NCBI GenBank assembly: GCA_050012675.1
Contig: JBEKGS010000007.1
Span: forward strand, 14,405 to 78,404
From: Acidimicrobiales bacterium
GTDB lineage: Bacteria > Actinomycetota > Acidimicrobiia > Acidimicrobiales > Bog-793
Direction of reading: 5' to 3'
DNA length: 64,000 bases
The position numbers and the translations under genes were made by a program. Shown piece by piece: positions 53,395-61,810 of this stretch. Within the stretch, counting starts at the first letter, position 1. Each line of letters starts with the position of its first letter. The notes under the pieces were generated by a model that saw nothing but the letters and a program-made list of their open reading frames with translations, did no database searches and was not told the DNA's origin.

Positions 53395-55196
53395 GGCACA
53401 GGCGTCGCCGCTCCTACGGCCGCAGCGATCAACGGACCATCTACCGAGGACGCCTACCCAGAACCCTGCCGGGAATACCCGCTCCGTCCGGACTAACAGG
53501 GGTCCGGGTTTCCGCGCAAGGAGTCGCCAGCCCGCCACGTCCGACGCCGGGGACAAGCGCGACTCAGCCACGCCGGGGCCTGGGCAGAGCCACCGCCTAC
53601 GTCGCGGCCGGCACGCTCATCTCGCGGGTTACGGGACTGCTGCGGATCCTCGTCGCCATCTACGCCCTCGGGTACTCGACACTTTCCGACTCGTTCAACC
53701 TCGCCAACAACACCCCGAACATCGTCCACGACCTCGTTCTGGGTGGGATTCTCACGGCCACCTTCGTCCCGGTGTTCGTCTCCCGTCTGGCAACGCGTTC
53801 GGAAGGTGAAGCTGTCGAGTCGATCTCTGCCGTGCTGACCTTGGCGGCTTGCCTGCTGGTCGTCGCGACTGTCGCGTTCTTTCTCGCCGCCCCTTTGATC
53901 ATCGACCTCTACACCGCCGGCAGCCATGGCTCGGGCATCGCCGCCGAGCGCCAAGTGGCCACATACCTCCTGCGGTTGTTCTCCCCGCAGCTGCTCGCGT
54001 ACGGGGCCATCAGCCTGATGACCGCCGTGCTGAACACGGCCCGCCGTTTCTCCGCGCCCGCCTTCGCCCCGATTCTCAACAACGTCGTCGCAATCGCCAT
54101 TTTGCTGGCCTTCGTGGCCGCCGGCCACACCCACAACCTTGCCGCTGTTCAGCATGACCACCGCTTGCTCCTTCTGCTTGGTGTGGGAACGACGCTCGGT
54201 GTCGTGATCCAGGCTGGAGCGCTGATTCCGAGCGTGTTGCGCTGTGGCCTGCGAATACGCCCCCGATGGAGGCCTCACGACCCTGCTGTGAGAGAGATCG
54301 TCAATCTTTCGGGCTGGACCTTCGGCTTTGTCATCGCCAATCAATTGGCCGTCTTTGTCGTATCCGCGATCGCTGTGAACATAGGTACCGCTTCGCTCAC
54401 CGCCTACACGTACGCGTCGATCTTCTTTCAGCTGCCTTTCGGCATCGTCGCGGTCTCGGTCATGACCACGATGTCCCCCGTGCTGGCGTCGCGCCACACC
54501 AGGGGTGATACTGCGGGCTTCGCCGAACAGTTCGGCCTCGGACTGCGCCGAACGATGGCGGGGGTAATCCCGGCCGTCGTTGGCTACCTGCTGCTCGCCC
54601 GGCCTGCCATTTCCCTCATCTCCCTGGGCGCCGGGGCGGCTCAGCACTTGAGCGGGGCGCACCTGACGGCAACGATGCTTGAGCTGCTTGCGCTGGGCCT
54701 TCCCGGATTCTGCACATACCTGCTGGCGATCCTCGCCTTCCAGGCGATGCGCGACACGCGCACTCCCTTCTTCCTCTACCTGCTGGAGAACGGGCTGAAC
54801 ATCCTGTTGGCGTTCGCGTTCCGTAGCACGCTCGGCGCGAAAGGACTGGCGCTTTCCCTCACTGTCGCGTACACGGTCGCGGCGGCAGCGGCTCTGATCG
54901 TGCTGCGCGAGCGGGTAGGAGGACTGGGCGGCTTGGCGGTGGGCCGCTACGTGGCGCGAACAGTGGTCTGCTCACTGGTGATGGCCTTCGTCGTGGCCCT
55001 CGTTCTAGCGGGTGTCGGATCGGGCCAGGGACTCGGGCTTTTGGTCCGCGTGTTCGTCAGTGTCCTGGCAGGCGTGGTCACCTACGCGCTTGCAGCCGGA
55101 CTCGCCGGGACCTTTGTCGGCTGGCAAACTTCCAGACGGAGGTACGCGATTGCACGAAAGGGACTACATGGCCGGGATAAGAGTCGTCACCGATAG
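53391..55196 (+). CDS. murJ: Lipid II flippase MurJ (MviN)
   Basis: AAGTLISRVTGLLRILVAIYALGYSTLSDSFNLANNTPNIVHDLVLGGILTATFVPVF, polytopic. GTG 53391 overlaps the upstream stop (GTGA). Confidence 0.9.
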   Translation: MRHRRRRSYGRSDQRTIYRGRLPRTLPGIPAPSGLTGVRVSAQGVASPPRPTPGTSATQPRRGLGRATAYVAAGTLISRVTGLLRILVAIYALGYSTLSDSFNLANNTPNIVHDLVLGGILTATFVPVFVSRLATRSEGEAVESISAVLTLAACLLVVATVAFFLAAPLIIDLYTAGSHGSGIAAERQVATYLLRLFSPQLLAYGAISLMTAVLNTARRFSAPAFAPILNNVVAIAILLAFVAAGHTHNLAAVQHDHRLLLLLGVGTTLGVVIQAGALIPSVLRCGLRIRPRWRPHDPAVREIVNLSGWTFGFVIANQLAVFVVSAIAVNIGTASLTAYTYASIFFQLPFGIVAVSVMTTMSPVLASRHTRGDTAGFAEQFGLGLRRTMAGVIPAVVGYLLLARPAISLISLGAGAAQHLSGAHLTATMLELLALGLPGFCTYLLAILAFQAMRDTRTPFFLYLLENGLNILLAFAFRSTLGAKGLALSLTVAYTVAAAAALIVLRERVGGLGGLAVGRYVARTVVCSLVMAFVVALVLAGVGSGQGLGLLVRVFVSVLAGVVTYALAAGLAGTFVGWQTSRRRYAIARKGLHGRDKSRHR

Positions 55197-56022
55197 CGCG
55201 GGGGACATTCCCGCTGCCCTTGCCGAGGAACAAGACATCCGGATCGTCCCGCTTGACGTACGACTGGGTGACTGGGGACCCGACGAGATGAGGCTCATCG
55301 AGCCTTCAGAGTTTTGGCGGCGGTGCGCCATGACTGATGCCCTGCCCGAGACCTCTGCGCCGTCGCCTGGCGCGTTCGCAGAGAGCTTTGCCCAAGCGGC
55401 AGACGATGGGTGCAGCGGTGTCGTGTGCCTTACCCTCTCGGCTGGTCTGTCTTCGACCTATCAGGCCGCGTGTGCTGGAGCCGACGAAGTGCGGGAACGA
55501 ATCGAGGTGCGGGTCGTGGACACTCGCACGGTGACACTGGGCCAGGCCATGGTCGTGCTAGAGGCAGCCAAAGTCGCGAGGCTTACCGGTGATATCGATG
55601 CGAGCGAAGCAGCTGCCCGAGCGGTTGTTCCGAAGATAAGAGTGTTCGGAGCGCTCGACACGATGGACAATGTCCGCAAGGGTGGCCGGATCGGGGCGGC
55701 GAAGGCACTCTTGGGGTCGCTCTTGTCCATAAAGCCGATCATCGAGATCCGAGAAGGTGTGGCCGAAGCCGAATCGCGTCAGCGGACACGCGCGGGCTCG
55801 CTCGAGTACCTCGTCAACAAGTTGAAGGACGCAGGCAAGTTGGACGGGCTCGCGGTGGCGCATGCCGCAGCACCGGATCTCGAGACGTTCTTGGACATGC
55901 TGAAGGGGATCTATCCCCGCGAGGACATTCTCATCAACTACATCGGTCCGGTGATAGGGACCCACGCCGGGCCTCGGTGCGTGGGCATTTGCTACCGGCT
56001 CGCGGAAACCAGCGGCGACTAA
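55168..56022 (+). CDS. DegV family (fatty-acid-binding) protein
   Basis: IRVVTDSAGDIP, PETSAPSPGAF, CLTLSAGLSSTYQAA and LSIKPII; 284 aa from ATG 55168. Overlaps the murJ end by 29 nt. Confidence 0.9.
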   Translation: MAGIRVVTDSAGDIPAALAEEQDIRIVPLDVRLGDWGPDEMRLIEPSEFWRRCAMTDALPETSAPSPGAFAESFAQAADDGCSGVVCLTLSAGLSSTYQAACAGADEVRERIEVRVVDTRTVTLGQAMVVLEAAKVARLTGDIDASEAAARAVVPKIRVFGALDTMDNVRKGGRIGAAKALLGSLLSIKPIIEIREGVAEAESRQRTRAGSLEYLVNKLKDAGKLDGLAVAHAAAPDLETFLDMLKGIYPREDILINYIGPVIGTHAGPRCVGICYRLAETSGD

Positions 56023-56032
56023 CCTACAGGGC

Positions 56033-56338
56033 ATGTCCTCTGAGCCGGCTCCCAAAGACGACTGGGCTGCGCAACTGACCGAGAAGGTCGGACAGCTTGT
56101 CGAGATCATCCGTGACCACACCGTGCGGCCGGTGCAGAAATTCGTCCGCGCGGTCATCTTCGGCTCGTTGGCATTCTCGGTCGTGCTCTTTGTTCTCGTG
56201 GCGTTCGTCATTGGTGTCATTCGCCTGCTCAACAATGAGGTCTTCGACCAGCGCGTGTGGGCGAGCTACTTGTTGATAGGTGGAATCTTCGTGGCGACAG
56301 GGACGTTGATCTCCAGGATGCGCCACAGCCGGACCTAG
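56033..56338 (+). CDS. Hypothetical small membrane protein (two TM helices)
   Basis: 101 aa with VIFGSLAFSVVLFVLVAFVIGVI and ASYLLIGGIFVATGTLI; 10 nt after degV. Confidence 0.6.
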   Translation: MSSEPAPKDDWAAQLTEKVGQLVEIIRDHTVRPVQKFVRAVIFGSLAFSVVLFVLVAFVIGVIRLLNNEVFDQRVWASYLLIGGIFVATGTLISRMRHSRT

Positions 56339-56373
56339 CCGGCCAGCAAGCGCGGAAAGGGAAGCAAAGCAAA

Positions 56374-57342
56374 ATGGAGTCCGGCGCGACACGCGACCTA
56401 GTGATCCTCGGCTCGGGCCCTGCGGGCTTGACCGCAGCGATCTATACCGCGCGCGCCGATCTGCGACCGCTCGTCCTAGAAGGCGAGCCGTCCTCATCGA
56501 GTGATCAGCCCGGCGGTCAACTGATGCTCACGACCGAGGTCGAGAACTTCCCCGGTTTTGCTCATGGCGTGCTGGGTCCCGAGCTCATGGTTTCGATGCG
56601 AGCCCAGGCTGAGCGGTTCAACGCTGAGATCGTGACGGAGCGGGCTTCCAGGGTCGACCTGACCTCGAGGCCGTTCGGAGTCTGGATCGGTGATCCAGAT
56701 GCGCCGGAGCCAACACTGAGGACAAGAGCGATGATCATCGCGACCGGAGCGCGCTCGCTCATGCTCGGGCTCGAGAACGAGTCGCGGCTACTCGGTTATG
56801 GGGTCTCGACCTGTGCGACATGCGATGGTTTTTTCTTCCGGGACAAGCAGATCGTCGTCATTGGTGGCGGGGACTCAGCGCTCGAAGAGGCGCTTTTCCT
56901 CACGAAGTTCGGAGATTCGGTCACCGTTGTGCACCGGCGTAAAGAGCTTCGAGCGTCCAAGATCATGCAAGACAGGGCTTTCAGGAATGACAAGATCTCG
57001 TTCCGCTGGGACACGGTCGTGGTCGACGTGCTCGGCAACGAGCGCGTGGCGGGACTAAGGGTAAGAGACCTGAACACGGGTGCTCTGTCCGATATCCCCG
57101 CTGACGGCGTCTTCGTTGCCATCGGGCACGCGCCAAGCACCGAGCTGTTCACCGGCCAGCTTGACACTGATGACGCCGGCTACCTCCTCACGAGTGAGGG
57201 CACAAAGACAAACGTCCCGGGCGTATTTGCCTGCGGTGATGTCCAGGATCATGTCTACCGGCAGGCTGTCACGGCAGCTGGCTCTGGTTGCATGGCTGCA
57301 ATCGATGCTGAGCGGTATCTGTCGTCGCTCGCACAGACCTGA
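56374..57342 (+). CDS. trxB: Thioredoxin-disulfide reductase
   Basis: LVILGSGPAGLTAAIY, redox-active CATCDG, VIGGGDSALEEA. Start set at ATG 56374. Confidence 0.95.
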   Translation: MESGATRDLVILGSGPAGLTAAIYTARADLRPLVLEGEPSSSSDQPGGQLMLTTEVENFPGFAHGVLGPELMVSMRAQAERFNAEIVTERASRVDLTSRPFGVWIGDPDAPEPTLRTRAMIIATGARSLMLGLENESRLLGYGVSTCATCDGFFFRDKQIVVIGGGDSALEEALFLTKFGDSVTVVHRRKELRASKIMQDRAFRNDKISFRWDTVVVDVLGNERVAGLRVRDLNTGALSDIPADGVFVAIGHAPSTELFTGQLDTDDAGYLLTSEGTKTNVPGVFACGDVQDHVYRQAVTAAGSGCMAAIDAERYLSSLAQT

Positions 57343-57357
57343 AACAAGGAGATTGGA

Positions 57358-57681
57358 ATGAACGACGTCATCACGGTAAGTGACGACACCTTCGACGAGG
57401 CCGTTGGCCTTTCGGACATCCCTGTAGTCGTTGACTTCTGGGCTGAATGGTGTGGCCCGTGCAAGATGGTGGCTCCTATTCTCGACGAAATAGCCAGCGC
57501 CCACGCGGGCAAGCTCAAGGTGGCGAAGCTGAACGTGGATGACAACCCGCGTACCGCGCAGCGTTTCCAGGTGATGAGCATCCCGACGCTGCTGCTGTTC
57601 AAGAACGGCGAGACCCAGGCCCGAATTGTGGGGGCACGCAGCAAGTCACAGATCCTGTCGGAGTTCGAGCCTCTTCTCTGA
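57358..57681 (+). CDS. trxA: Thioredoxin
   Basis: [22 protein letters not shown]; 107 aa. Confidence 0.95.
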   Translation: MNDVITVSDDTFDEAVGLSDIPVVVDFWAEWCGPCKMVAPILDEIASAHAGKLKVAKLNVDDNPRTAQRFQVMSIPTLLLFKNGETQARIVGARSKSQILSEFEPLL

Positions 57682-57782
57682 CACGAGAACTGTCGTAGAT
57701 CGATCGCTCTTCGCACTACCAGCACTGCCCCGGCATCTCCTACGATGTCGGCCATGACCGAAGTGCCACAGAGTTCGGGCTT

Positions 57783-58793
57783 ATGAGCCGTTCGCGGACG
57801 GTATCTCCCCGCGAAGATCTCCTGCCACTTCATGAGGGTGCCTCCGGTAAGGCCGTCGTCGACTTGCAAGAACGGCTTGAGCGACTCGGCCTCGGGCATG
57901 GAGACGACGGGCACGGTGCTTACGGTCCCGGGACGTCGGCAGCTGTACAGGTGTTCCAGTCACAGCGCGGCCTTCGAGCCGACGGCACCTGCGACCACGA
58001 GACCTGGTCAAGCCTCGTGGAGGCCGGCTTTCGTCTCGGCGACCGACTCCTTTATCGCCGCAGCCCGATGTTGCAGGGAGACGATGTGGCAGACCTGCAG
58101 CGGCGACTGAGCGGTCTCGGGTTCGATCCAGGAGGGGTAGACGGGATCTTCGGTGACAACACCCACGCCGCCATCGCCGAGTTCCAGCACAACATGGGTC
58201 TCGTAACAGACGGTATCTGTGGGCCGGTAACGCTCTCGGAGCTGAAGCGCGTGGCACCCGTCCGGGGAGGCTCCGATCTCGTGACCCCGCTGCGAGAACA
58301 GCTCAGGGTCGCTGCCACGCCGGCAACGCTCAGTTGCAAGAAGATCGCCGTAGGAGAAGAAGGTGGATTCGCGACCGGCGTTGCCGCAATTCACCGGGCG
58401 CTCCTGCTCGCCGGGGCACAGTCACTCGAACTCCATGATCCGGATCCGTTCGCGCAAGCCCAAGCAGCGAACACGGCGCAGGTCGATTGCTACATCGGCC
58501 TACGGCTGGAGCCGGGTCATGAATCGGTCAAGACCTACTTCTACCGGGGATTTCGCTACGAGTCTGCCGCGAGTCGACGGCTCGCCGAGCTGCTCTTGGA
58601 GGCGGCGGCAGGCCGACTCGAGCTTCCCCAGGCCGGAGCACACGGTATGGCCGACGTGATCCTCAGGCGGACCGCGATGCCTGCCGTCGTACTCGAGCTC
58701 GGGGCACCGCACCAGGTCACGATGAAGACCTCAGGTATTGCAAAAGCGGTTCAGGAGTCCCTCGAGCGCTGGCTGACCATGAGTGGGGAGTGA
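57783..58793 (+). CDS. cwlM: CwlM-like N-acetylmuramoyl-L-alanine amidase (two PG-binding domains + amidase_3 domain)
   Basis: Two PG_binding_1 repeats (GKAVVDLQERLERLGL..., DDVADLQRRLSGLGFDPGGVDGIFGDNTHAAIAEFQ) and a C-terminal amidase-like domain. Conserved position after trxB-trxA. Confidence 0.85.
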   Translation: MSRSRTVSPREDLLPLHEGASGKAVVDLQERLERLGLGHGDDGHGAYGPGTSAAVQVFQSQRGLRADGTCDHETWSSLVEAGFRLGDRLLYRRSPMLQGDDVADLQRRLSGLGFDPGGVDGIFGDNTHAAIAEFQHNMGLVTDGICGPVTLSELKRVAPVRGGSDLVTPLREQLRVAATPATLSCKKIAVGEEGGFATGVAAIHRALLLAGAQSLELHDPDPFAQAQAANTAQVDCYIGLRLEPGHESVKTYFYRGFRYESAASRRLAELLLEAAAGRLELPQAGAHGMADVILRRTAMPAVVLELGAPHQVTMKTSGIAKAVQESLERWLTMSGE

Positions 58794-58798
58794 GGTGG

Positions 58799-58825
58799 TC
58801 CACAACCTCATGCACAGGTTGTGGA
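58799..58825. promoter_or_regulatory. 10-bp inverted repeat TCCACAACCT-N7-AGGTTGTGGA whose arms carry DnaA-box-like 9-mers (or a cwlM terminator hairpin)
   Basis: Read directly, 5 nt after the cwlM stop. TGGTCCACA and, on the other strand, TGATCCACA resemble TTGTCCACA/TTATCCACA. There is no T-tract after the stem. Confidence 0.4.
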
Positions 58826-58945
58826 TCAACTTGGACCAACAGTAGAGGTCCAGAAGGTAACGGGAAAGTAAACTTCGGACGACGCCACCCCTTACGAAAG
58901 CCCGTGACCAGGACAAATAGCTCCGGATTCGCAGCCTAGCGGGCT

Positions 58946-58961
58946 TGTGATCGAATTCACA
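58946..58961. promoter_or_regulatory. Perfect CRP/GlxR-family consensus site TGTGA-N6-TCACA
   Basis: TGTGATCGAATTCACA read directly in the 218-nt, visibly AT-richer gap between the convergent cwlM and parB genes. Confidence 0.4.
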
Positions 58962-59011
58962 GCCTGGGGATTACCGACGGAGAGGCCCTCTGGGGTTCGG
59001 GTGTCTCGACC

Positions 59012-59968
59012 TTAGGTAAAGGTCTCCCCGACAATCACCCGGTAGATCCGTTCCAGGTCGTCCAGCGTGGCGAATTCGATCACGAGTTTGCCGCGCTTTC
59101 CGCCCATGTCGACTTTGACGCGTGTGTTCAGCCGGTCCTCCAAGAGTTCCTCGAGATCGTGAACTCCTGGTGGCCGCAGCGATCGACCAAGTTTTGGCTC
59201 AGGAGTCCCGGGCAATGACGTGTGGGTGTCGGGTGGTGCGCTGACCGGGTTACCAGCCTCATCGACCGTGCCTTCGAGCTGGCTTTCCTCTGCTTGTGCC
59301 AGTCGGAGCTCATTGCGGACGAGCTCCTCCAGCGACCGAACGGAAAGGCCGTGGTGGACCGCTTCGTTGGCAAGCCTCTCCTGCAAGACGCGATCTGGCG
59401 TGCCAAGCAACGTTCGCGCATGCCCGGCACTCAACTGACCGTCTCGAACATATCGTTGGACCGTAGGAGGAAGTTGGAAAAGACGTAGGGCGTTCGTGAC
59501 TCCCGCCCGAGACCGTCCCACTTTGCGCGCTACCTCTTCGTGCGTGAGGTTGAACTCCTCGATCAACTGCTGATATGCGCCGGCCTCGTCCAGAGGGTTG
59601 AGATCCTCACGGTGCAGATTCTCCACCAAAGCTTCTTCGAGGCTCATCGCGTCGTCAGCCTCGTGGACCAGCGCCGGTATCGACTGAAGCCCAGCGCGCC
59701 TCGCAGCGCGAAAGCGACGCTCGCCGGCGATCAGCTCATATTCCTCCGGACCTACTTCGCGCACGAGGATCGGCTGGAGTATCCCCACGGCTTTGATCGA
59801 ATCGACAAGTGCAGACAAACCCTGCTCGCCAAACTGGTTGCGGGGTTGGAACGGGTTCGGGCGGATACGCGACAGTGGAACCTCGCGGAGCATGGAACCC
59901 GTGGAAACACCCGGCGTCGGCGGGATAAGTGCTCCCAAACCCTTGCCCAGACCGCTACGCCGGACCAC
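59012..59968 (-). CDS. parB: Chromosome partitioning protein ParB (Spo0J)
   Basis: PNPFQPRNQF, ILVRE...YELIAGERRFRAARRAGL, HTH LTHEEVARKVGRSRAGVTNALRL; 318 aa. Confidence 0.95.
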   Translation of the reverse strand: MVRRSGLGKGLGALIPPTPGVSTGSMLREVPLSRIRPNPFQPRNQFGEQGLSALVDSIKAVGILQPILVREVGPEEYELIAGERRFRAARRAGLQSIPALVHEADDAMSLEEALVENLHREDLNPLDEAGAYQQLIEEFNLTHEEVARKVGRSRAGVTNALRLFQLPPTVQRYVRDGQLSAGHARTLLGTPDRVLQERLANEAVHHGLSVRSLEELVRNELRLAQAEESQLEGTVDEAGNPVSAPPDTHTSLPGTPEPKLGRSLRPPGVHDLEELLEDRLNTRVKVDMGGKRGKLVIEFATLDDLERIYRVIVGETFT

Positions 59969-60860
59969 CGCTGACCTCCTTTGCTAGCTCTCGATAAGCA
60001 ATGGCCCCTCTCGACGCTGGCGAATGGACGGTAATGGGCTCACCGAAAGACGGTGACTCCGATATTCGCACTGTTCGAGGAATAACGTTTCTGCAAACAG
60101 CGTCACCGAAATGCGTGCGGACCTCCTCGACTACATGATCCGCCAGCCTTGTCCGGGAGTCGTACATCGTCAGCACCATGGCCGAGACTTCGAGCTCAGG
60201 ATTCAGATTGCCCCGTACGAGCTCGACATTTCGCAGCAGCTGACCAAGACCCTCAAGGGCGTAGTACTCGCACTGAATTGGAACGAGTACCTCACTCGCC
60301 GCAGCAAGGGCATTCACCGTTATGAGCCCCAGCGAGGGTGGGCAGTCGATCAGCACGTAGCCGAAGTCCTCCCGGATCGGAGCCAATACTCGCTTCAGGC
60401 GCAGCTCTCGGCTGAATACCGACACAAGCTCGATTTCGGCTCCGGCCAAGTCAATTGTTGCCGGTGCCAGGAACAGGTTCTTGATGCTCGTCGGTTCGAC
60501 GCAATCCTCGAGTGCGACGTCACGAAGAAGGACGTCATACATCGAGTAATCAAAGTTCCGTCCCTCGATTCCCAGCCCGGTCGTGGCATTTCCCTGTGGG
60601 TCCAGGTCGATGATCAAGACTCTGTAACCGAGATCAGCGAGAGCAGCACCAAGGTTGATGGTTGTCGTTGTCTTGCCAACTCCCCCTTTTTGGTTGGCAA
60701 CCGCGATGACTCTCGGAAGCGAACGAACCACCGTCGTCTGTTTCTCCCTGACCCGTGCCACTAGAGCCTCGGAGGTTTTGAGCCCTGTGTGGGTTCCGGA
60801 CACGGACTTGAACTCGGCTTGATCTTTTCGGTCTTCGTCGTCCTCTTGGTCGTTCATCAC
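59955..60860 (-). CDS. parA: Chromosome partitioning ATPase ParA (Soj)
   Basis: Deviant Walker A VANQKGGVGKTTTTINL and IDCPPSLGLLT-like LIDCPPSLGLITVNAL. About 45-aa acidic N-terminal leader. Confidence 0.95.
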   Translation of the reverse strand: MMNDQEDDEDRKDQAEFKSVSGTHTGLKTSEALVARVREKQTTVVRSLPRVIAVANQKGGVGKTTTTINLGAALADLGYRVLIIDLDPQGNATTGLGIEGRNFDYSMYDVLLRDVALEDCVEPTSIKNLFLAPATIDLAGAEIELVSVFSRELRLKRVLAPIREDFGYVLIDCPPSLGLITVNALAAASEVLVPIQCEYYALEGLGQLLRNVELVRGNLNPELEVSAMVLTMYDSRTRLADHVVEEVRTHFGDAVCRNVIPRTVRISESPSFGEPITVHSPASRGAIAYRELAKEVSGGPA

Positions 60861-60880
60861 ACCTTCGGTTCGAGGGAAAC

Positions 60881-60896
60881 TGTTCCACGTGAAACA
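60881..60896. promoter_or_regulatory. parS centromere-like site
   Basis: TGTTCCACGTGAAACA differs at one position from the widely conserved parS consensus TGTTTCACGTGAAACA. It lies 21 nt upstream of the parA start. Confidence 0.8.
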
Positions 60897-61009
60897 TCTG
60901 CTGGCCGAACGGCTGGAAGGCAGTCGCTCTGGAAGGACAGGACGGACTCAATCGGGAGCATAACGCGCGCGTCGGCCCGGACCCAGTGACTGAAATCCGG
61001 GTCCCGTGC

Positions 61010-61810
61010 TCACGTGTGTTGCAGCAGGGGCTCGAGCCGGGCGGCAACTGGCCGATAACGGGAAACGGGAATCAGGTGAACGCCCTGAAAGGCGCCCGAC
61101 TCTCGGATCGCCATCAGCAATTCGCACGCGATGTCGATCCCAGCCTTCGGGTCTCGGTCTACCCTGTCGACGATATCCCCCGGAATGACAATATCGGGAA
61201 TCGTTTTTGACAAGCTGCGAGCCATCGTCGAGCTGGCGAGGACAATGACGCCCGCGTAGACCGCCATCTCTGGTCGCACCCTCTCGTTCCAGCGCAAAAG
61301 CGCCTCGAGAGAAAAACCGACTTGTACGAACAGAAAGTCGGCTCCCCGCTTCCAATCCGGGAGGTCGCCCAGGCCGGTAGCCGCTCCAAGTCGCAATCTC
61401 CTACCGCCGGAAAGCCCCAGATTGCTCTCAAAGGCCCGGGCCTCGGTCAACATTGTCCGGACAGTGAGCTCGCTCGTGCGCCGGCCGACCCTGGGTTCGT
61501 CCCCGCGAACCAAGAGGAACTGGTCCACCCCGTAAGCCTCAGCCGTCAGAAGATCCCGCTGGAAGCCGAGCAGGTTACGATCCCTCGCGTTCAAACAGGC
61601 GATCGAACGACCACCCATCGCCTCAACTTCATGCGCCACTGCAACACTGGAGACTGTCGCGCGACCGATGTGGTTGTCCGGAATGAGAAACGTGCCTGCA
61701 ATCGAGCTGAGCACGCCGATCTGGTGCCTCACGTGCTTGAGGTCCGGTCGAGTCGCAGGCTCGATCTCGCAGACCAGCTCGAAGCCTGCTGTTGTCATGG
61801 CAGCTAACAC
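61010..61810 (-). CDS. Methylenetetrahydrofolate reductase (MetF/MTHFR)-like protein
   Basis: 266 aa. FELVCEIEP, LIPDNHIGRA, IACLNARDRN, DQFLLVRGD, FLFVQVGF and VHLIPV resemble the MTHFR TIM-barrel family by eye. The GTG start overlaps the rsmG stop by 1 nt (alternative ATG 61798). Confidence 0.65.
   Translation of the reverse strand: MLAAMTTAGFELVCEIEPATRPDLKHVRHQIGVLSSIAGTFLIPDNHIGRATVSSVAVAHEVEAMGGRSIACLNARDRNLLGFQRDLLTAEAYGVDQFLLVRGDEPRVGRRTSELTVRTMLTEARAFESNLGLSGGRRLRLGAATGLGDLPDWKRGADFLFVQVGFSLEALLRWNERVRPEMAVYAGVIVLASSTMARSLSKTIPDIVIPGDIVDRVDRDPKAGIDIACELLMAIRESGAFQGVHLIPVSRYRPVAARLEPLLQHT

Noticed and set aside
58794-59011. Possibility that this AT-richer, DnaA-box-containing gap is oriC
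   Set aside because: Only two weak boxes are present. The conserved yidC-jag-rsmG-parAB order implies the dnaA-dnaN origin lies beyond the right end of the window. No AT-rich unwinding repeats were seen.
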